A DNA stretch of 64,000 nucleotides from Chloroflexota bacterium (GTDB lineage: Bacteria; Chloroflexota; UBA11872). How positions within the stretch are numbered: position 1 is the first letter of the stretch; every line of letters begins with the position of its first letter. Shown here in pieces: positions 1-9,382 of this stretch. Location: NCBI GenBank assembly GCA_965220075.1, contig OZ244806.1, forward strand, positions 268,647 through 332,646. The letters run 5' to 3'. A program made the translations under genes and the position numbers. The notes beneath the pieces were generated by a model. That model worked only from the letters and a program-made list of their open reading frames with translations. It ran no database searches and was not told the DNA's origin.

Positions 1-403
1 CGAATGAGTAGCCCGGACCTCCGCTGCCCGTCCCGCTTGGATCGCCGCTCTGGGCCATGAAGCCCGGTATCACGCGGTGAAAGACCACGCCGTCGTAGTA
101 GCCCTCGCGCACCAGGAACACGAAGTTGTTCACCGCCAGCGGGGCCTCGGTGGGAAGCAGCTTGAACTTCATCTCGCCCAGGTTGGTCACCATGACCGCC
201 GTGTAGCTCTTGGTCGCGTCGATCGTCATCGGGGGATAGTCGGCGTATTGCTTGATGGTCGGCTCCTCACTGGGCTGGTCCGGCGACGGGGCCGGTGATG
301 GCGTCGGCGCCGGCGTGGTCTCGGCGCTCTCTGCCGACTCGCCGCAAGCGGCGATTGCCAGCGCGAGAGCGATAGTCAGCGCAACAATTGCCACAGGTCG
401 CAT
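1..403 (-). CDS. Cyclophilin-type peptidyl-prolyl cis-trans isomerase, lipoprotein (3' end runs off the window)
   Basis: Own minus-strand translation from ATG at 403-401. It reads MRPVAIVALTIALALAIAAC (lipobox), a Pro/Ser linker, then FHRVIPGFMAQSGDPSGTGSGGPGYSF, the cyclophilin core. It is absent from the ORF track because no stop lies inside the window. Confidence 0.85.
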   Translation of the reverse strand, partial: MRPVAIVALTIALALAIAACGESAESAETTPAPTPSPAPSPDQPSEEPTIKQYADYPPMTIDATKSYTAVMVTNLGEMKFKLLPTEAPLAVNNFVFLVREGYYDGVVFHRVIPGFMAQSGDPSGTGSGGPGYSF

Positions 404-783
404 CCGGTCACCCCGATTCGGCATGCCTGTTGCAACGGGCATTCTAAGCCGCGCGGCGCCTCGCCGCCGAATCGGGCCGCCGTTCCCGGCGGGACGCGTC
501 GTGTGGGGTGCCGAGTACTCGTCGCTGCCAGCCGTGCCGTAGTGACCGATAGCGCCTTCGCCTGCCCCGGACCCCATAATCAATTATGGGGTCGGCGCTT
601 GGAGGGTACCCACAACACCGAATTTGCAGCGGCCAGCGGTCTATTCCTCAGGTCTGTCGTCCCCGCCGGGGCGGTTGATCCTGAAAATACCAACGGTGCC
701 CCTCCGGCGGTACCCGCAACACCAGCGGTGCGATTTCCACCGCTGCGGCGGCATTGGCCGCGACGGCCGACCTACTGCAGGGT

Positions 784-1641
784 TCATGTGTGTCTATTTG
801 GGTTCGGCCTCACCTGCTCGGCCAAGGCATTCAGCGTGCCTAACACGCCAGCGACCTCCACCGGCAAGATCAAGCTCTGCGTGCCTTGACTGGCAGCCAA
901 GGCGCCAATGGCGTCAATCTGCTGCTTCTGAATTGCCAACTGGGCCGCTTCCGTCCCGTACTGCTTCAGGGCCCGGCCAATCTGCTCAATCTCGACCGCC
1001 TGCGCGACGGACAGGCGCTCCGCCGCAAACGCCTCCGCGTCTGCTTTGACCCGCATCGCCTCCGCTTCCCGCTGGGCTTGGTAGAGCGCCGCATCAGCGG
1101 CCCGCGCCGCAGCGACCTGCTGGCCCTCAGCTGCCGCGATGGTTGCCCTGCGTTCCCGCTCGGCATTGAGTTGCTGCCGCTGGGCGGCCTTGGTCTCATC
1201 ATCAACGATGATGTCGGTGATTTCCGTTCGAGTGACCTCAATCCCCCACGTCTTGGCTGCTTCCCCCAACCGCTGCTGAATCTCTTCGTTGATCCGCTCG
1301 CGTGCCGTCTGGAGCGCGTCAAGCTCCATCTGGCCGCCGGCATTGCGGACGATGGATGTGGCCGCGGTGTGGAGCGCCTGCCGAAAGTCGCGGATACCGT
1401 AGACGGCCTGTCTCGGCAGATCTACCCGAAAGAAGATGGTGGCCACGAACTCAACTTCCACGTTGTCCTTCGTAATCACACTCACCCGAAACGAGTCCAA
1501 TTGTTGCTCCAGAATGGGAATGCGGTGTGCTACCCGCTCCAGGAATGGTGAGACCCACTTCAATCCGGGGCCGAGCGTGCGGCTGTAACGGCCTAACCGC
1601 TCTACAACATAGGCTTCAGACTGCGGCACAATAGTGAACAT
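784..1641 (-). CDS. SPFH/band-7 (stomatin/prohibitin-like) protein
   Basis: 285-aa ORF. The N-terminal region is SPFH-like (VVERLGRYSRTLGPGLKWVSPFLERV, ITKDNV) and the tail is a long Ala/Glu/Gln coiled coil. GGAGG lies upstream of the ATG at 1641. Confidence 0.85.
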   Translation of the reverse strand: MFTIVPQSEAYVVERLGRYSRTLGPGLKWVSPFLERVAHRIPILEQQLDSFRVSVITKDNVEVEFVATIFFRVDLPRQAVYGIRDFRQALHTAATSIVRNAGGQMELDALQTARERINEEIQQRLGEAAKTWGIEVTRTEITDIIVDDETKAAQRQQLNAERERRATIAAAEGQQVAAARAADAALYQAQREAEAMRVKADAEAFAAERLSVAQAVEIEQIGRALKQYGTEAAQLAIQKQQIDAIGALAASQGTQSLILPVEVAGVLGTLNALAEQVRPNPNRHT

Positions 1642-1760
1642 TGGCGTCCTCCTTCGTGGTAACTCCGTAAGTCGAGCGTGACTGCTGGACCAGGGTTCCG
1701 CATGATCCGCCAGAGTGCGTCAAACAGCCTTCGCTCTGGACTGGTTTCCGCAACGGCACG

Positions 1761-1907
1761 CTAGGTCGCGCCGCAACAGATACATTGCAATGCCAAAGTT
1801 ACGGTGTCACTTACAGGACAGAGTGTTGCGCCATGACAGTTGCTGCATGTAAAGCGGACACGCGTAACATCGCGCGGTTCAATGAGGTGTCTCATCTCGC
1901 GCATCAT
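1761..1907 (-). CDS. Small Cys-rich (zinc-ribbon-like) protein, 48 aa
   Basis: In-frame MMREMRHLIEPRDVTRVRFTCSNCHGATLCPVSDTVTLALQCICCGAT. AGGAG at 1916-1920 (minus sense) lies 8-9 nt upstream of ATG 1907. CxxC and CxCC motifs are present. It has the same strand as, and lies upstream of, the SPFH gene. Confidence 0.4.
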   Translation of the reverse strand: MMREMRHLIEPRDVTRVRFTCSNCHGATLCPVSDTVTLALQCICCGAT

Positions 1908-2087
1908 AGCCCTCGCTCCTTTCGGCGAACCAGTTTCGCTACCGCGGCCGCACACGTCCGCCTCGGCGTGTTTGGGTCGACGGGTATGTAATTCTCCATC
2001 ACGGCTTGCCCCGTACTTGATGCTGGGTACAGGACAGGCTCCGATACGGGGCCGGAGCCCAGATCCGTGTCAACCTCATAGGATTCC

Positions 2088-2119
2088 GCCTGGATTCCGG
2101 GTCAGGCCCGGAATGACGG
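2088..2119. repeat. REP-like hairpin, family E (GCCTGGATTCCGGGTC...CCGGAAT)
   Basis: Stem ATTCCGGG/CCCGGAAT seen directly. The 5' part recurs at 48177-48195. Confidence 0.6.
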
Positions 2120-2162
2120 ACGGGGCATTTGTAAATCAAGCGGGTGGGATTCGGCACCAGCT

Positions 2163-3212
2163 TTAGGTGATCTCTCCGTCGCAGTGGATCATTATCTTGC
2201 CGCCGTCGCCGCTCTTGGCCTGCCGCACGGCCGTTACCGCGTCGGCCAGAGGGAAGTGATGCGTGGCCAGCGGGGCCAGATCGAGCACGGGAATGAGGTC
2301 AAGCGCCCGTTTGAACGTGTTGAGCCGCGTGTTGCTGCCCACGATGCGCAGCTCACGCCCAAACAGATCGAACGGGCGCAGCTGGAAGGTGGTGTCCGGG
2401 TTGCCCACGCTGAGCACGAGGATGGTTCCGGAGTCGCGCACGTTGTCCAGGCAGGCTTGCAGCGCGGGGTTGGCGCCGGCCGCCTCGATCGCCAGATCGG
2501 CGCCCAGGCCGCGCGTGAGGTCGCGCACGGCGCCGCGCACGTCTTCGTGCGTGGGGTCCAGGATCGCGTCGGCGCCCAGCCGTTGAGCAATGAGGCGGCG
2601 CGACGGATGCGGCTCGCTGATGATCGTGTGCGCGGCGCCCATGTGCTTGGCCACCTGCAGCGCCATGAGCCCAATCGGACCGGCCCCCGCGATGAACACG
2701 TGATCCCCGGCGCGGGTGCTGATGCGGTCGAAACCGCGCAAGACGCAACCCAGGGGCTCGCTCATGCTTGCCAGCACGGGGTCCACGCCGTCGGGCAGCG
2801 CCACGACGTTGTGATGGCTGACGATTACGTATTCGGCCCAGGCGCCGCCGCGGTATAGCCCCCGGCGCCGCGGGCAGAAATTGCCGTACCCGCGCTCGCA
2901 GACGTCGCACTCGCCGCAGGGCGTGGCGGGCTCCACCACGACCCTGGCGCCGGTCGACAGACCCTGCACGCCCTCCCCCACCGCAACCACCGTGCCGGTG
3001 AACTCGTGGCCGGGCACCCAGGGGTCCGGGTGGGGGGGAAACCAGGCGTCGAACTCCCAGCCGTCCCAGTAGTGCAGGTCGGTGCCGCAGATGCCACAGA
3101 CGTGCACGCGCACTGCGACGTCGCCCGCGCCGACCGGCGGCGTTGCGCACTGCTCGATCCGCAGATCGCGCGGCCCGTGCAGCACGGCCGCGGTCATAGT
3201 TTCCGGCAGCAT
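2163..3212 (-). CDS. Zn-dependent alcohol/polyol dehydrogenase (MDR family)
   Basis: Motifs GHEFTGTVVAVGEGV, structural-Zn cluster CGECDVCERG...C, and Rossmann GAGPIGL. The start was moved to Met21 (3212), which has GAGGA upstream. Confidence 0.85.
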   Translation of the reverse strand: MLPETMTAAVLHGPRDLRIEQCATPPVGAGDVAVRVHVCGICGTDLHYWDGWEFDAWFPPHPDPWVPGHEFTGTVVAVGEGVQGLSTGARVVVEPATPCGECDVCERGYGNFCPRRRGLYRGGAWAEYVIVSHHNVVALPDGVDPVLASMSEPLGCVLRGFDRISTRAGDHVFIAGAGPIGLMALQVAKHMGAAHTIISEPHPSRRLIAQRLGADAILDPTHEDVRGAVRDLTRGLGADLAIEAAGANPALQACLDNVRDSGTILVLSVGNPDTTFQLRPFDLFGRELRIVGSNTRLNTFKRALDLIPVLDLAPLATHHFPLADAVTAVRQAKSGDGGKIMIHCDGEIT

Positions 3213-3371
3213 TTCCGGGGTCCTCGTGCAACCGCGTCGCGCAACGCTAGCCCCCGCGCTTGGGGCTGACAAGCGCGACGGCTGCGCGCGCGGGCCGAAT
3301 GGCGAACGGCTGGCCGCGCTCCTATCGGCGCGGCGGGCGACTCACGCACGGCGGCCCCCGGTAGATGGGGA

Positions 3372-3391
3372 GGGCGGTTCGCGAACCGCCC
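3372..3391. repeat. REP-like palindrome, family A (GGGCGGTTCGCGAACCGCCC)
   Basis: Perfect 20-nt palindrome. Five related copies lie elsewhere in the window. Confidence 0.8.
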
Positions 3392-3495
3392 CTACCTGGG
3401 ATTGCTCAGGCCGGCGCGAGTTCTATTGGTCTCCCGCCGCGGCAAGGGCCTCGGCTACGCCGAGATATCGATGTCGAAACAAAGTGTGCACCAAG

Positions 3496-4069
3496 CTATC
3501 CGCCGGACTCCTGGCATCGAACGCCCGCCGTCAATGCCGCGGCGGACCAAAGCAGCAATACCAGAACCCTCAGAGGATTCAGCGCCTCCCAAATGGCGTC
3601 GTTGTTGAGGAAATACGCGTTGATGAACAGGACGGTCCCCAGCGCGGCTAAAGAACAAGGCGCCAATACGTTCGGCCGAGCCGCCGCGAGTCCAGAGAGT
3701 TGTGACGGCGATGCTGCTGCATCCCAGGAAAATCGGATTGATTGCTTTCCAGACGTTCCCCACGTGCCCTCCGAACAGTGCATCGGTATAGACGTTGAGA
3801 AAAACGACCAGCGCCAGGACGCCTAACACCAGGCTCCGTGTCCAGGTCACGCGTCGGGTCCCACGCCACAGCCACCAGACGCCGGTTATGCCCATGAACA
3901 AAGCGCCGACCTGCCATACCCTCCAGGTCCAGTTGGCTGTGGAGGCGAGACCCGGCCGGGCAAACATGTCGGTCTGATCGCCCCAGGCAAACAACGCCAT
4001 ACCCAGAACGGCCGCGCTGAGGAGCGCTTCGGCGGCGCCCAGATCACGATGGCGCAACAAGCGGTGCAT
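3496..4069 (-). pseudogene. Multi-pass membrane protein, paralogue of 4147-4713, interrupted by a frameshift near 3650-3665
   Basis: The N-terminal two thirds sit in the frame of ORF 3455-4087 (MHRLLRHRDLGAAEALL...TLWTRGG). The C-terminal third sits in the frame of ORF 3496-3783 (LGTVLFINAYFLNNDAIWEALNPL...). Both parts align colinearly with the intact paralogue. Confidence 0.55.
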
Positions 4070-4146
4070 CATGCGCCCCTCAATCAACGACCGATGATCC
4101 AGGCCACGGCCGGCGCTGCGATCTCACTGCCGGATGCGAGCGGCTG

Positions 4147-4713
4147 TTACGGGTCTGAGGATGCGGCAACGTTTCCACATAGTGCCCAGGCGGCCCAGGC
4201 CAGGGCGGCCAGCATCATCAGCGGGTCCATGATCTGCCAGAGGATGTCGTGGTCGACCAGAAAGGCGTTGATGAAATCAACCACGCCCAGCGCCGCCGAG
4301 GCCGCCGCGCCGGTGAGGCCGGCAATGCCGCCGCACCTCCATAGCTCCACGGCGGCAATGACGGCGAAGGCGATGAACAGAGGATTGACGATCTGCCAGA
4401 CCTCGCCCACGTAGTCCCCGAACAGGGATTCGGTGTAGGTGTTGACGAAAACGAGCAGCGTGAAGAGGCCCAGCGCCAGCACGCGGACCCAGGCGACGCG
4501 CTGGGTTCCGAGCCAGAGCCACCAGACGCCGGGGACGGCGATCAGCAACGCCCCTATCTGCCACAACTGCCAGCGCCAGTTGGCGACGTTAAGGCTTTCC
4601 GGGTCAACGGCGGCGGAGCCCACGGACCAACCGAACAGCGCGATGACCAGAAAAGCCGCGGCTATGACGGCCTCGAGCGCGGTCAGATCCCGGCAGCGGC
4701 AGAGGTTCTGCAT
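4147..4713 (-). CDS. Multi-pass membrane protein of unknown function (188 aa)
   Basis: Start at Met57 of the ORF (ATG 4713) with GGAGG upstream. The sequence is hydrophobic and Trp-rich (VPGVWWLWLGTQRVAWVRVLALGLF...). It is a tandem paralogue of 3496-4069. Confidence 0.7.
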   Translation of the reverse strand: MQNLCRCRDLTALEAVIAAAFLVIALFGWSVGSAAVDPESLNVANWRWQLWQIGALLIAVPGVWWLWLGTQRVAWVRVLALGLFTLLVFVNTYTESLFGDYVGEVWQIVNPLFIAFAVIAAVELWRCGGIAGLTGAAASAALGVVDFINAFLVDHDILWQIMDPLMMLAALAWAAWALCGNVAASSDP

Positions 4714-4859
4714 TGGGTTCTCGCCTCCGAACAAAGGCCGCCCACCGTGTCGTGGGCGGTTCGAGCCAGCCGGCTGAAGTCTATTCGCCGGCTCGCGGAT
4801 CGTCATGCCGTGGGTTTGACGGGTCGTGGGTCCCTTTGTTCCAAACAGGCCTCGGCCGC

Positions 4860-4890
4860 GGGGAGAGACCCCGCGCCCCAACCCTCTCCC
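4860..4890. repeat. REP-like element, family B (reverse orientation: GGGAGAGGGTTGGGGCGCGGGGTCTCTCCCC)
   Basis: Arms GGGAGAG/CTCTCCC. Related to copies at 20971-20997 and 46767-46811. Confidence 0.6.
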
Positions 4891-4919
4891 TCTGTGCTGT
4901 GCCGAGCGGGGACCCGGTG

Positions 4920-6665
4920 TTAGGCGGGCGCCTCTTCGTAGAGCCGTTCCCCGCGCTGCAGGCGCTGAGCGATTAGAAACGTCTGACCCTGGGCGCGAAC
5001 GGTCGGCGCGTGCGCGGCCAGATAGCGCGCGCCCGCCACCAGCGCGAGCGTGGCGTCTTCCGGCCTCGGGCTCAACCCGAAATGACGGAATGCCGCTTCA
5101 ATCGCCTGGATCGTGTGGAAGTCGCGGTCCTCGCGCAGCAGCGCCCCGCCCATGGCGGCCAGCAGGTCGTCTGCCTCTCCATCCCCGGCCCGGTACTCAG
5201 CCACCAGCGCGCCGGCGTCATCGACCCGCTGCTGGCGGTCCAGAGTGTCCGGCAACCGCTCCAGGAGCTCGCGCTCCGGCGACCGCGGCGGGACGTTCAG
5301 GCTGGGCAGGCGGGCCGGCGGGACGTTGAGGAAGCGGTCCAGATAGACGCTCATGGCCGCGTCGTAGACGCCGCGCAGGAGTTCTGAGGAGGGCGCGCGC
5401 CGCAGGCCGCAGCGCACCGCGTTGGCAAACGACAGCGTGTGCAGGACGCGGTCCCAGTCGCCGAACTCGTTGCTTACGTGGAACCGCGCGATGCGCGTGA
5501 CGGCGGCCTGCGTGACCGCGTCGGCCAGTTGTATGGGAGCAACACTCTGGCGCAGCGCGGCCGCGAGCGACGCGGCAATCGCGGCCGGGTCGTCGCCCAG
5601 CACGGTCTCGATCAGCCCGGCGCGGCCACGCCACGGGCCGGCCGGGGTTGCCGTGGGGAGCGTCTCGGGGAGATCGCGAAACGCCGCGTCGAGGATGGCC
5701 ACCAGATCGTGGGGCTGCCGCCAGGAGTTCGACTCTTCCATCCGCCGCGCGTTCGCATACGCCCGCGCGAGCGAACCCGCCACGGCCTCGGCCAGGTCCC
5801 AGCCCGCGATGTCCAAGGCCTCAAGGGCTTTGTTGGTGAAGTCGAGGACGTGTCCGGTGGACAGGTAGCGGTGATCGGTGGCCGCCGCGAACAGCATGTC
5901 CGCGATGGCTTCCGGCCGGAACCCGGCCCGCACGGCGGTTAGCAGACAGCGCTCCGCGCCGGTGGCGTCGCGAACCTCCACGAAGCGCCGGAACCAGCGC
6001 TTCAGCGTGGCCGGGTCGGACGGAGCGTCGGGCAGCGGACCCGCGTCAAAGCGCGGCGCGGACCCGGCGCAGTCGCTCGCCACGTTCGCCAGCCCGTGGT
6101 AGAGCGCGCGGGGGTACTCCTCGCGCCGCAGATGGGGCAGCAGGTTCAGCATGCACGTAAGGACAGTAAGTCCGGGGCCCCAGCCGTCCGTCTGGTAGCG
6201 CGCGCCGAACTCCAGTCCGATTCGGAACGGCTCGCGCGGGTCCGCGCCGCCTTCCAGCAGGCCGATCGCCGCTTTGGCGATGACGAGCGGCAAGTTGTGC
6301 TCCAACCCGTCGCGCAGTCGGCGGCGGTGATGCGCCGGTTCGTGGTGGTCGTCGCCGAGGTCGATCCAAACCTCGCCGTCGATCACCTCGGTCGGGAACG
6401 CCGGCACGTCGTCCGCCCAGAGGTCGAAGGTGCCGCCGGTCGTGAGGTCAAAACGCGCGTGGTGCCAGTGGCAGGTCAGGATGCCGTCGTCCACGCTGCC
6501 GCGGTCCAGCGGAAACCCCATGTGCGGGCAGCGGTTGTCCAGCGCGTGCACGTCGTCGCCGGTGCGGATCAATACGAGCGTGCGCCCGCCGACGCGGACG
6601 CCGTGGCAGCGTCCGGGCGCGAAATCGCGCAGATGCCCGGCGCTGATCTTGCGGTTGCGGGTCAT
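4920..6665 (-). CDS. Rieske [2Fe-2S] domain protein with ~450-aa uncharacterised C-terminal region
   Basis: [11 protein letters not shown]...CHWHHARF matches the CxH...CxxH Rieske ligands. Start ATG 6665 ([12 protein letters not shown]). The rest of the 1236-aa ORF is antisense to recA/usp/prs and was discarded. Confidence 0.8.
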   Translation of the reverse strand: MTRNRKISAGHLRDFAPGRCHGVRVGGRTLVLIRTGDDVHALDNRCPHMGFPLDRGSVDDGILTCHWHHARFDLTTGGTFDLWADDVPAFPTEVIDGEVWIDLGDDHHEPAHHRRRLRDGLEHNLPLVIAKAAIGLLEGGADPREPFRIGLEFGARYQTDGWGPGLTVLTCMLNLLPHLRREEYPRALYHGLANVASDCAGSAPRFDAGPLPDAPSDPATLKRWFRRFVEVRDATGAERCLLTAVRAGFRPEAIADMLFAAATDHRYLSTGHVLDFTNKALEALDIAGWDLAEAVAGSLARAYANARRMEESNSWRQPHDLVAILDAAFRDLPETLPTATPAGPWRGRAGLIETVLGDDPAAIAASLAAALRQSVAPIQLADAVTQAAVTRIARFHVSNEFGDWDRVLHTLSFANAVRCGLRRAPSSELLRGVYDAAMSVYLDRFLNVPPARLPSLNVPPRSPERELLERLPDTLDRQQRVDDAGALVAEYRAGDGEADDLLAAMGGALLREDRDFHTIQAIEAAFRHFGLSPRPEDATLALVAGARYLAAHAPTVRAQGQTFLIAQRLQRGERLYEEAPA

Positions 6666-6908
6666 GGAATCAGACTCCCGTCCGCTAGTTCTCCCAATGC
6701 TGCCCCCTCGGAGCCGCGCGGCCAAGCGGTGTGCGGGCACGGTTGGGAGCGGCCTTCCATCCCTGGCCGCCTTGAGCCTAAAGCGCCCCCGGCCGGCGCG
6801 CGCCGCGCACGCCTCGGCTACCATAGGCCCGCCACGCGCAGGCTCTGGCCCCCGGCCAGCCATCAGGCGCAGGGGCGCCGCCGCGCGGGCTGCCTGGGAG
6901 GCGCCGGC

Positions 6909-7943
6909 ATGACCGATGACCGCGGCAAGGCTATCGAATCGGCCATAGCGCAGATCGAGCGCAAATTCGGCGCGGGATCGGTCATGCGCATGGACGAGCA
7001 AGCCCGCGAGCCCATTCCTGTCGTTTCCACGGGGTCCCTGGCCCTGGACATCGCGCTGGGCGTGGGCGGCCTGCCGCGCGGGCGGGTGGTGGAGATCTTC
7101 GGCCCGGAGGGATCGGGCAAGACCACCCTGGCCCTGCACGCCGTTGCGGAAACCCAGCGCGCCGGTGGAACGACGGTCTTCATGGACGTGGAGCACGCGC
7201 TGGACCCCGGCTACGCCGAGCGCCTGGGCGTCAACGTCACCGACCTGATCGTTTCGCAGCCCAACACCGGCGAGGAAGCGCTGGAGATAACCGACGTCTT
7301 CGTGCGCAGCAACGCGGTGGACATGATCGTGTTGGACTCCGTAGCGGCGCTGGTGCCCCGCGCCGAGATCGACGGTGACATGGGTGATCCGCAGGTGGGG
7401 TTGCAGGCGCGCCTCATGTCGCAGGCGTTGCGCAAGCTGACCGCCAACATCAGCCGCTCCCGCGCCATCGTCGTGTTCATCAACCAGCTGCGCGAGAAGA
7501 TAGGCGTGATGTTCGGAAATCCGGAGACGACCCCGGGCGGCCGCGCGTTGAAGTTCTACGCCTCGGTGCGGCTCGACATCCGGCGCATCGGGCAGATCAA
7601 GCAGGGCACCGACGTGATCGGCTCCCGCACGCGCGTGCGGGTCGTCAAGAACAAAGTTGCGCCGCCCTTCCGCACCTGTGAGTTCGACATGATGCACGGG
7701 ACCGGGATTTCGCGGGAGGGCGATCTGATCGATTTGGGCGTAGACCTCGGCCTGCTCGAAAAGAGCGGTGCGCATTACACCTACGCCGGCGACCGGCTGG
7801 GCATGGGCCGCGAGAACGTCAAATCCTTCTTGCGCGAGCACACGGACATGGCGCAGGCAATTGACGCGGAGATTCGCGGTGAGGCGCTCGGCAGCGGGGC
7901 GCCGGGCGCCAACGGCGCCGCCGCGGCTGACGGATCGAAGTAG
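6909..7943 (+). CDS. recA: Recombinase RecA
   Basis: [28 protein letters not shown]..., Walker [53 protein letters not shown] lies upstream of ATG 6909. Confidence 0.97.
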   Translation: MTDDRGKAIESAIAQIERKFGAGSVMRMDEQAREPIPVVSTGSLALDIALGVGGLPRGRVVEIFGPEGSGKTTLALHAVAETQRAGGTTVFMDVEHALDPGYAERLGVNVTDLIVSQPNTGEEALEITDVFVRSNAVDMIVLDSVAALVPRAEIDGDMGDPQVGLQARLMSQALRKLTANISRSRAIVVFINQLREKIGVMFGNPETTPGGRALKFYASVRLDIRRIGQIKQGTDVIGSRTRVRVVKNKVAPPFRTCEFDMMHGTGISREGDLIDLGVDLGLLEKSGAHYTYAGDRLGMGRENVKSFLREHTDMAQAIDAEIRGEALGSGAPGANGAAAADGSK

Positions 7944-7958
7944 CGGCGCCGCGCCGTC

Positions 7959-8393
7959 ATGCCGAACGAAGCACAGCGGTCGGTGGTCGCAGCCGTTAGC
8001 GGCCGTCACATGGACGAAACGGTGGTCACCACGGCGGCCTTGGAAGCGCGGCACCGTCACGCCGCGCTGGTGCTGCTTCACGTGATCGAAGTCGGCCACG
8101 CATTGCCGCTGGACACCTCCAACGAGGCCCAGATACTTGCGGCCGAGCGCGTGGTAAGCACCGCCAAGAAGATGGCGCCGGGCAACCGGCTGGAGGTGCG
8201 CACTGAGATAAGGCAGGCGCGCGCAGCCTCCGCGGCCATCATCGAAACCGCCATCGAGCAGAGCGCCGACGCCATCGTGGTAGGCACGCATAGGTTTCTG
8301 GGCGAGCTGGATTGCGACCTCGGCTATACCGCCACGCACGTGCTGCGCCACGCCCCCGTGCCCGTGATCGCGTGCTACGACCCGATCCGCTGA
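7959..8393 (+). CDS. Universal stress protein family
   Basis: 144 aa with the USP layout (LVLLHVIE..., AIVVGTH...G...LGYTATHVLRHAPVPV). Confidence 0.8.
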   Translation: MPNEAQRSVVAAVSGRHMDETVVTTAALEARHRHAALVLLHVIEVGHALPLDTSNEAQILAAERVVSTAKKMAPGNRLEVRTEIRQARAASAAIIETAIEQSADAIVVGTHRFLGELDCDLGYTATHVLRHAPVPVIACYDPIR

Positions 8394-8396
8394 CCC

Positions 8397-9377
8397 ATGG
8401 GCGCACTCGTCAGCAAAGGACGCCGGGACTTCAACGACCGCCTGATGGTCTTCGGCGGCCGCTCGCATCCAGACCTGGCCGCGGGTATCTGCCGCAATCT
8501 CGGCTGCCAGCTCGGGCGCGTCGATACGTTCGAGTACGGGAACGACAACACCTTCGTGCGCGTTTTGGAGAACGTACGCGGCGCGGACGTGTTCGTCGTT
8601 CAGACGGCCTGCCGGCCGGTGAATCACCACACCATGGAGCTATTCATCCTCATCGACGCGCTGCGCCGCGCCTCGGCCGCCCGGATTACGGCCGTCGTCC
8701 CTTTTTTCCCGTACATGCGCTCCGACAAGAAAGACCAGCCGCGGGTCCCCATCACCGCGCGCCTGATGGCCGATCTGATCGCCACGGCCGGCGCCGACCG
8801 GGTGCTCACCCTCGATCTTCACGCTGAGCAGATCGGCGGCTTCTTCAGCATCCCCAGCGACCATCTCACCGGCTTACCCCTGCTGACCGACCACTTCGCG
8901 AGGCTTGGCACCGACGACCTGGTCGTGGTGGGCGATACCGGCCGCATCAAGGCCGCCAGCGAGTGCGCGCGCCGCTTGCAGGTGCCGCTGGCCATGCTGG
9001 ACAAGTCTCGTGATCCCATCTCGGCGCGCGTGACCATCCGCGGCCTCATCGGCGACGTGCGCGACCGCACGGTGCTCTACGTGGAGGATGAGATTGCCAC
9101 CGGCGAGTCCATCCGCGCCGGCCTGAACGCAATCGTCGAGCACTCGCCGCGCGCCATCTACGGCGCTTGCGTGCATGGAGTCTTTTCCGGCGGAGCTCAT
9201 CGCATCATCGACGAGTCGCCCATACGCAGCATGGTCGTTACCGACAGCCTTCCACTCGAGCCCGGCAAGTCGTTCCCCAAGATCGAGGTGGTGCCGGTGG
9301 CCGGGTTGCTTTCCGAGGCGATTCGCCGGATTCACACCGGCGACTCGGTGAGCGCGCTCTTCGCCGAAGCCGTCTAG
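8397..9377 (+). CDS. prs: Ribose-phosphate pyrophosphokinase
   Basis: VVPFFPYMRSDKK, TLDLHAEQIGGFF, VVGDTGRIKAA. An alternative start at 8445 (MVFGG) is possible. Confidence 0.93.
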   Translation: MGALVSKGRRDFNDRLMVFGGRSHPDLAAGICRNLGCQLGRVDTFEYGNDNTFVRVLENVRGADVFVVQTACRPVNHHTMELFILIDALRRASAARITAVVPFFPYMRSDKKDQPRVPITARLMADLIATAGADRVLTLDLHAEQIGGFFSIPSDHLTGLPLLTDHFARLGTDDLVVVGDTGRIKAASECARRLQVPLAMLDKSRDPISARVTIRGLIGDVRDRTVLYVEDEIATGESIRAGLNAIVEHSPRAIYGACVHGVFSGGAHRIIDESPIRSMVVTDSLPLEPGKSFPKIEVVPVAGLLSEAIRRIHTGDSVSALFAEAV

Positions 9378-9382
9378 CCTCG

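Noticed and set aside
6666-6908. SOS (LexA/Cheo) box upstream of recA
   Set aside because: No GAAC-N4-GTTC or CTGT-N8-ACAG pattern was found by eye in the 243-nt spacer. The absence is noted but not over-interpreted, because the LexA motif of this lineage is unknown to me.
8074-8089. parS-like TGCTTCACGTGATCGA inside the usp gene
   Set aside because: It has four mismatches to the 16-bp consensus, and only one half-site is intact. It is probably a chance CACGTG core.
6666-8630. Upper part of the 1236-aa minus-strand ORF 4920-8630
   Set aside because: It is antisense to recA, usp and prs. The translation is Arg/Ala/Gly-rich with no motifs, a typical high-GC shadow ORF. Only the Rieske gene (4920-6665) is kept.
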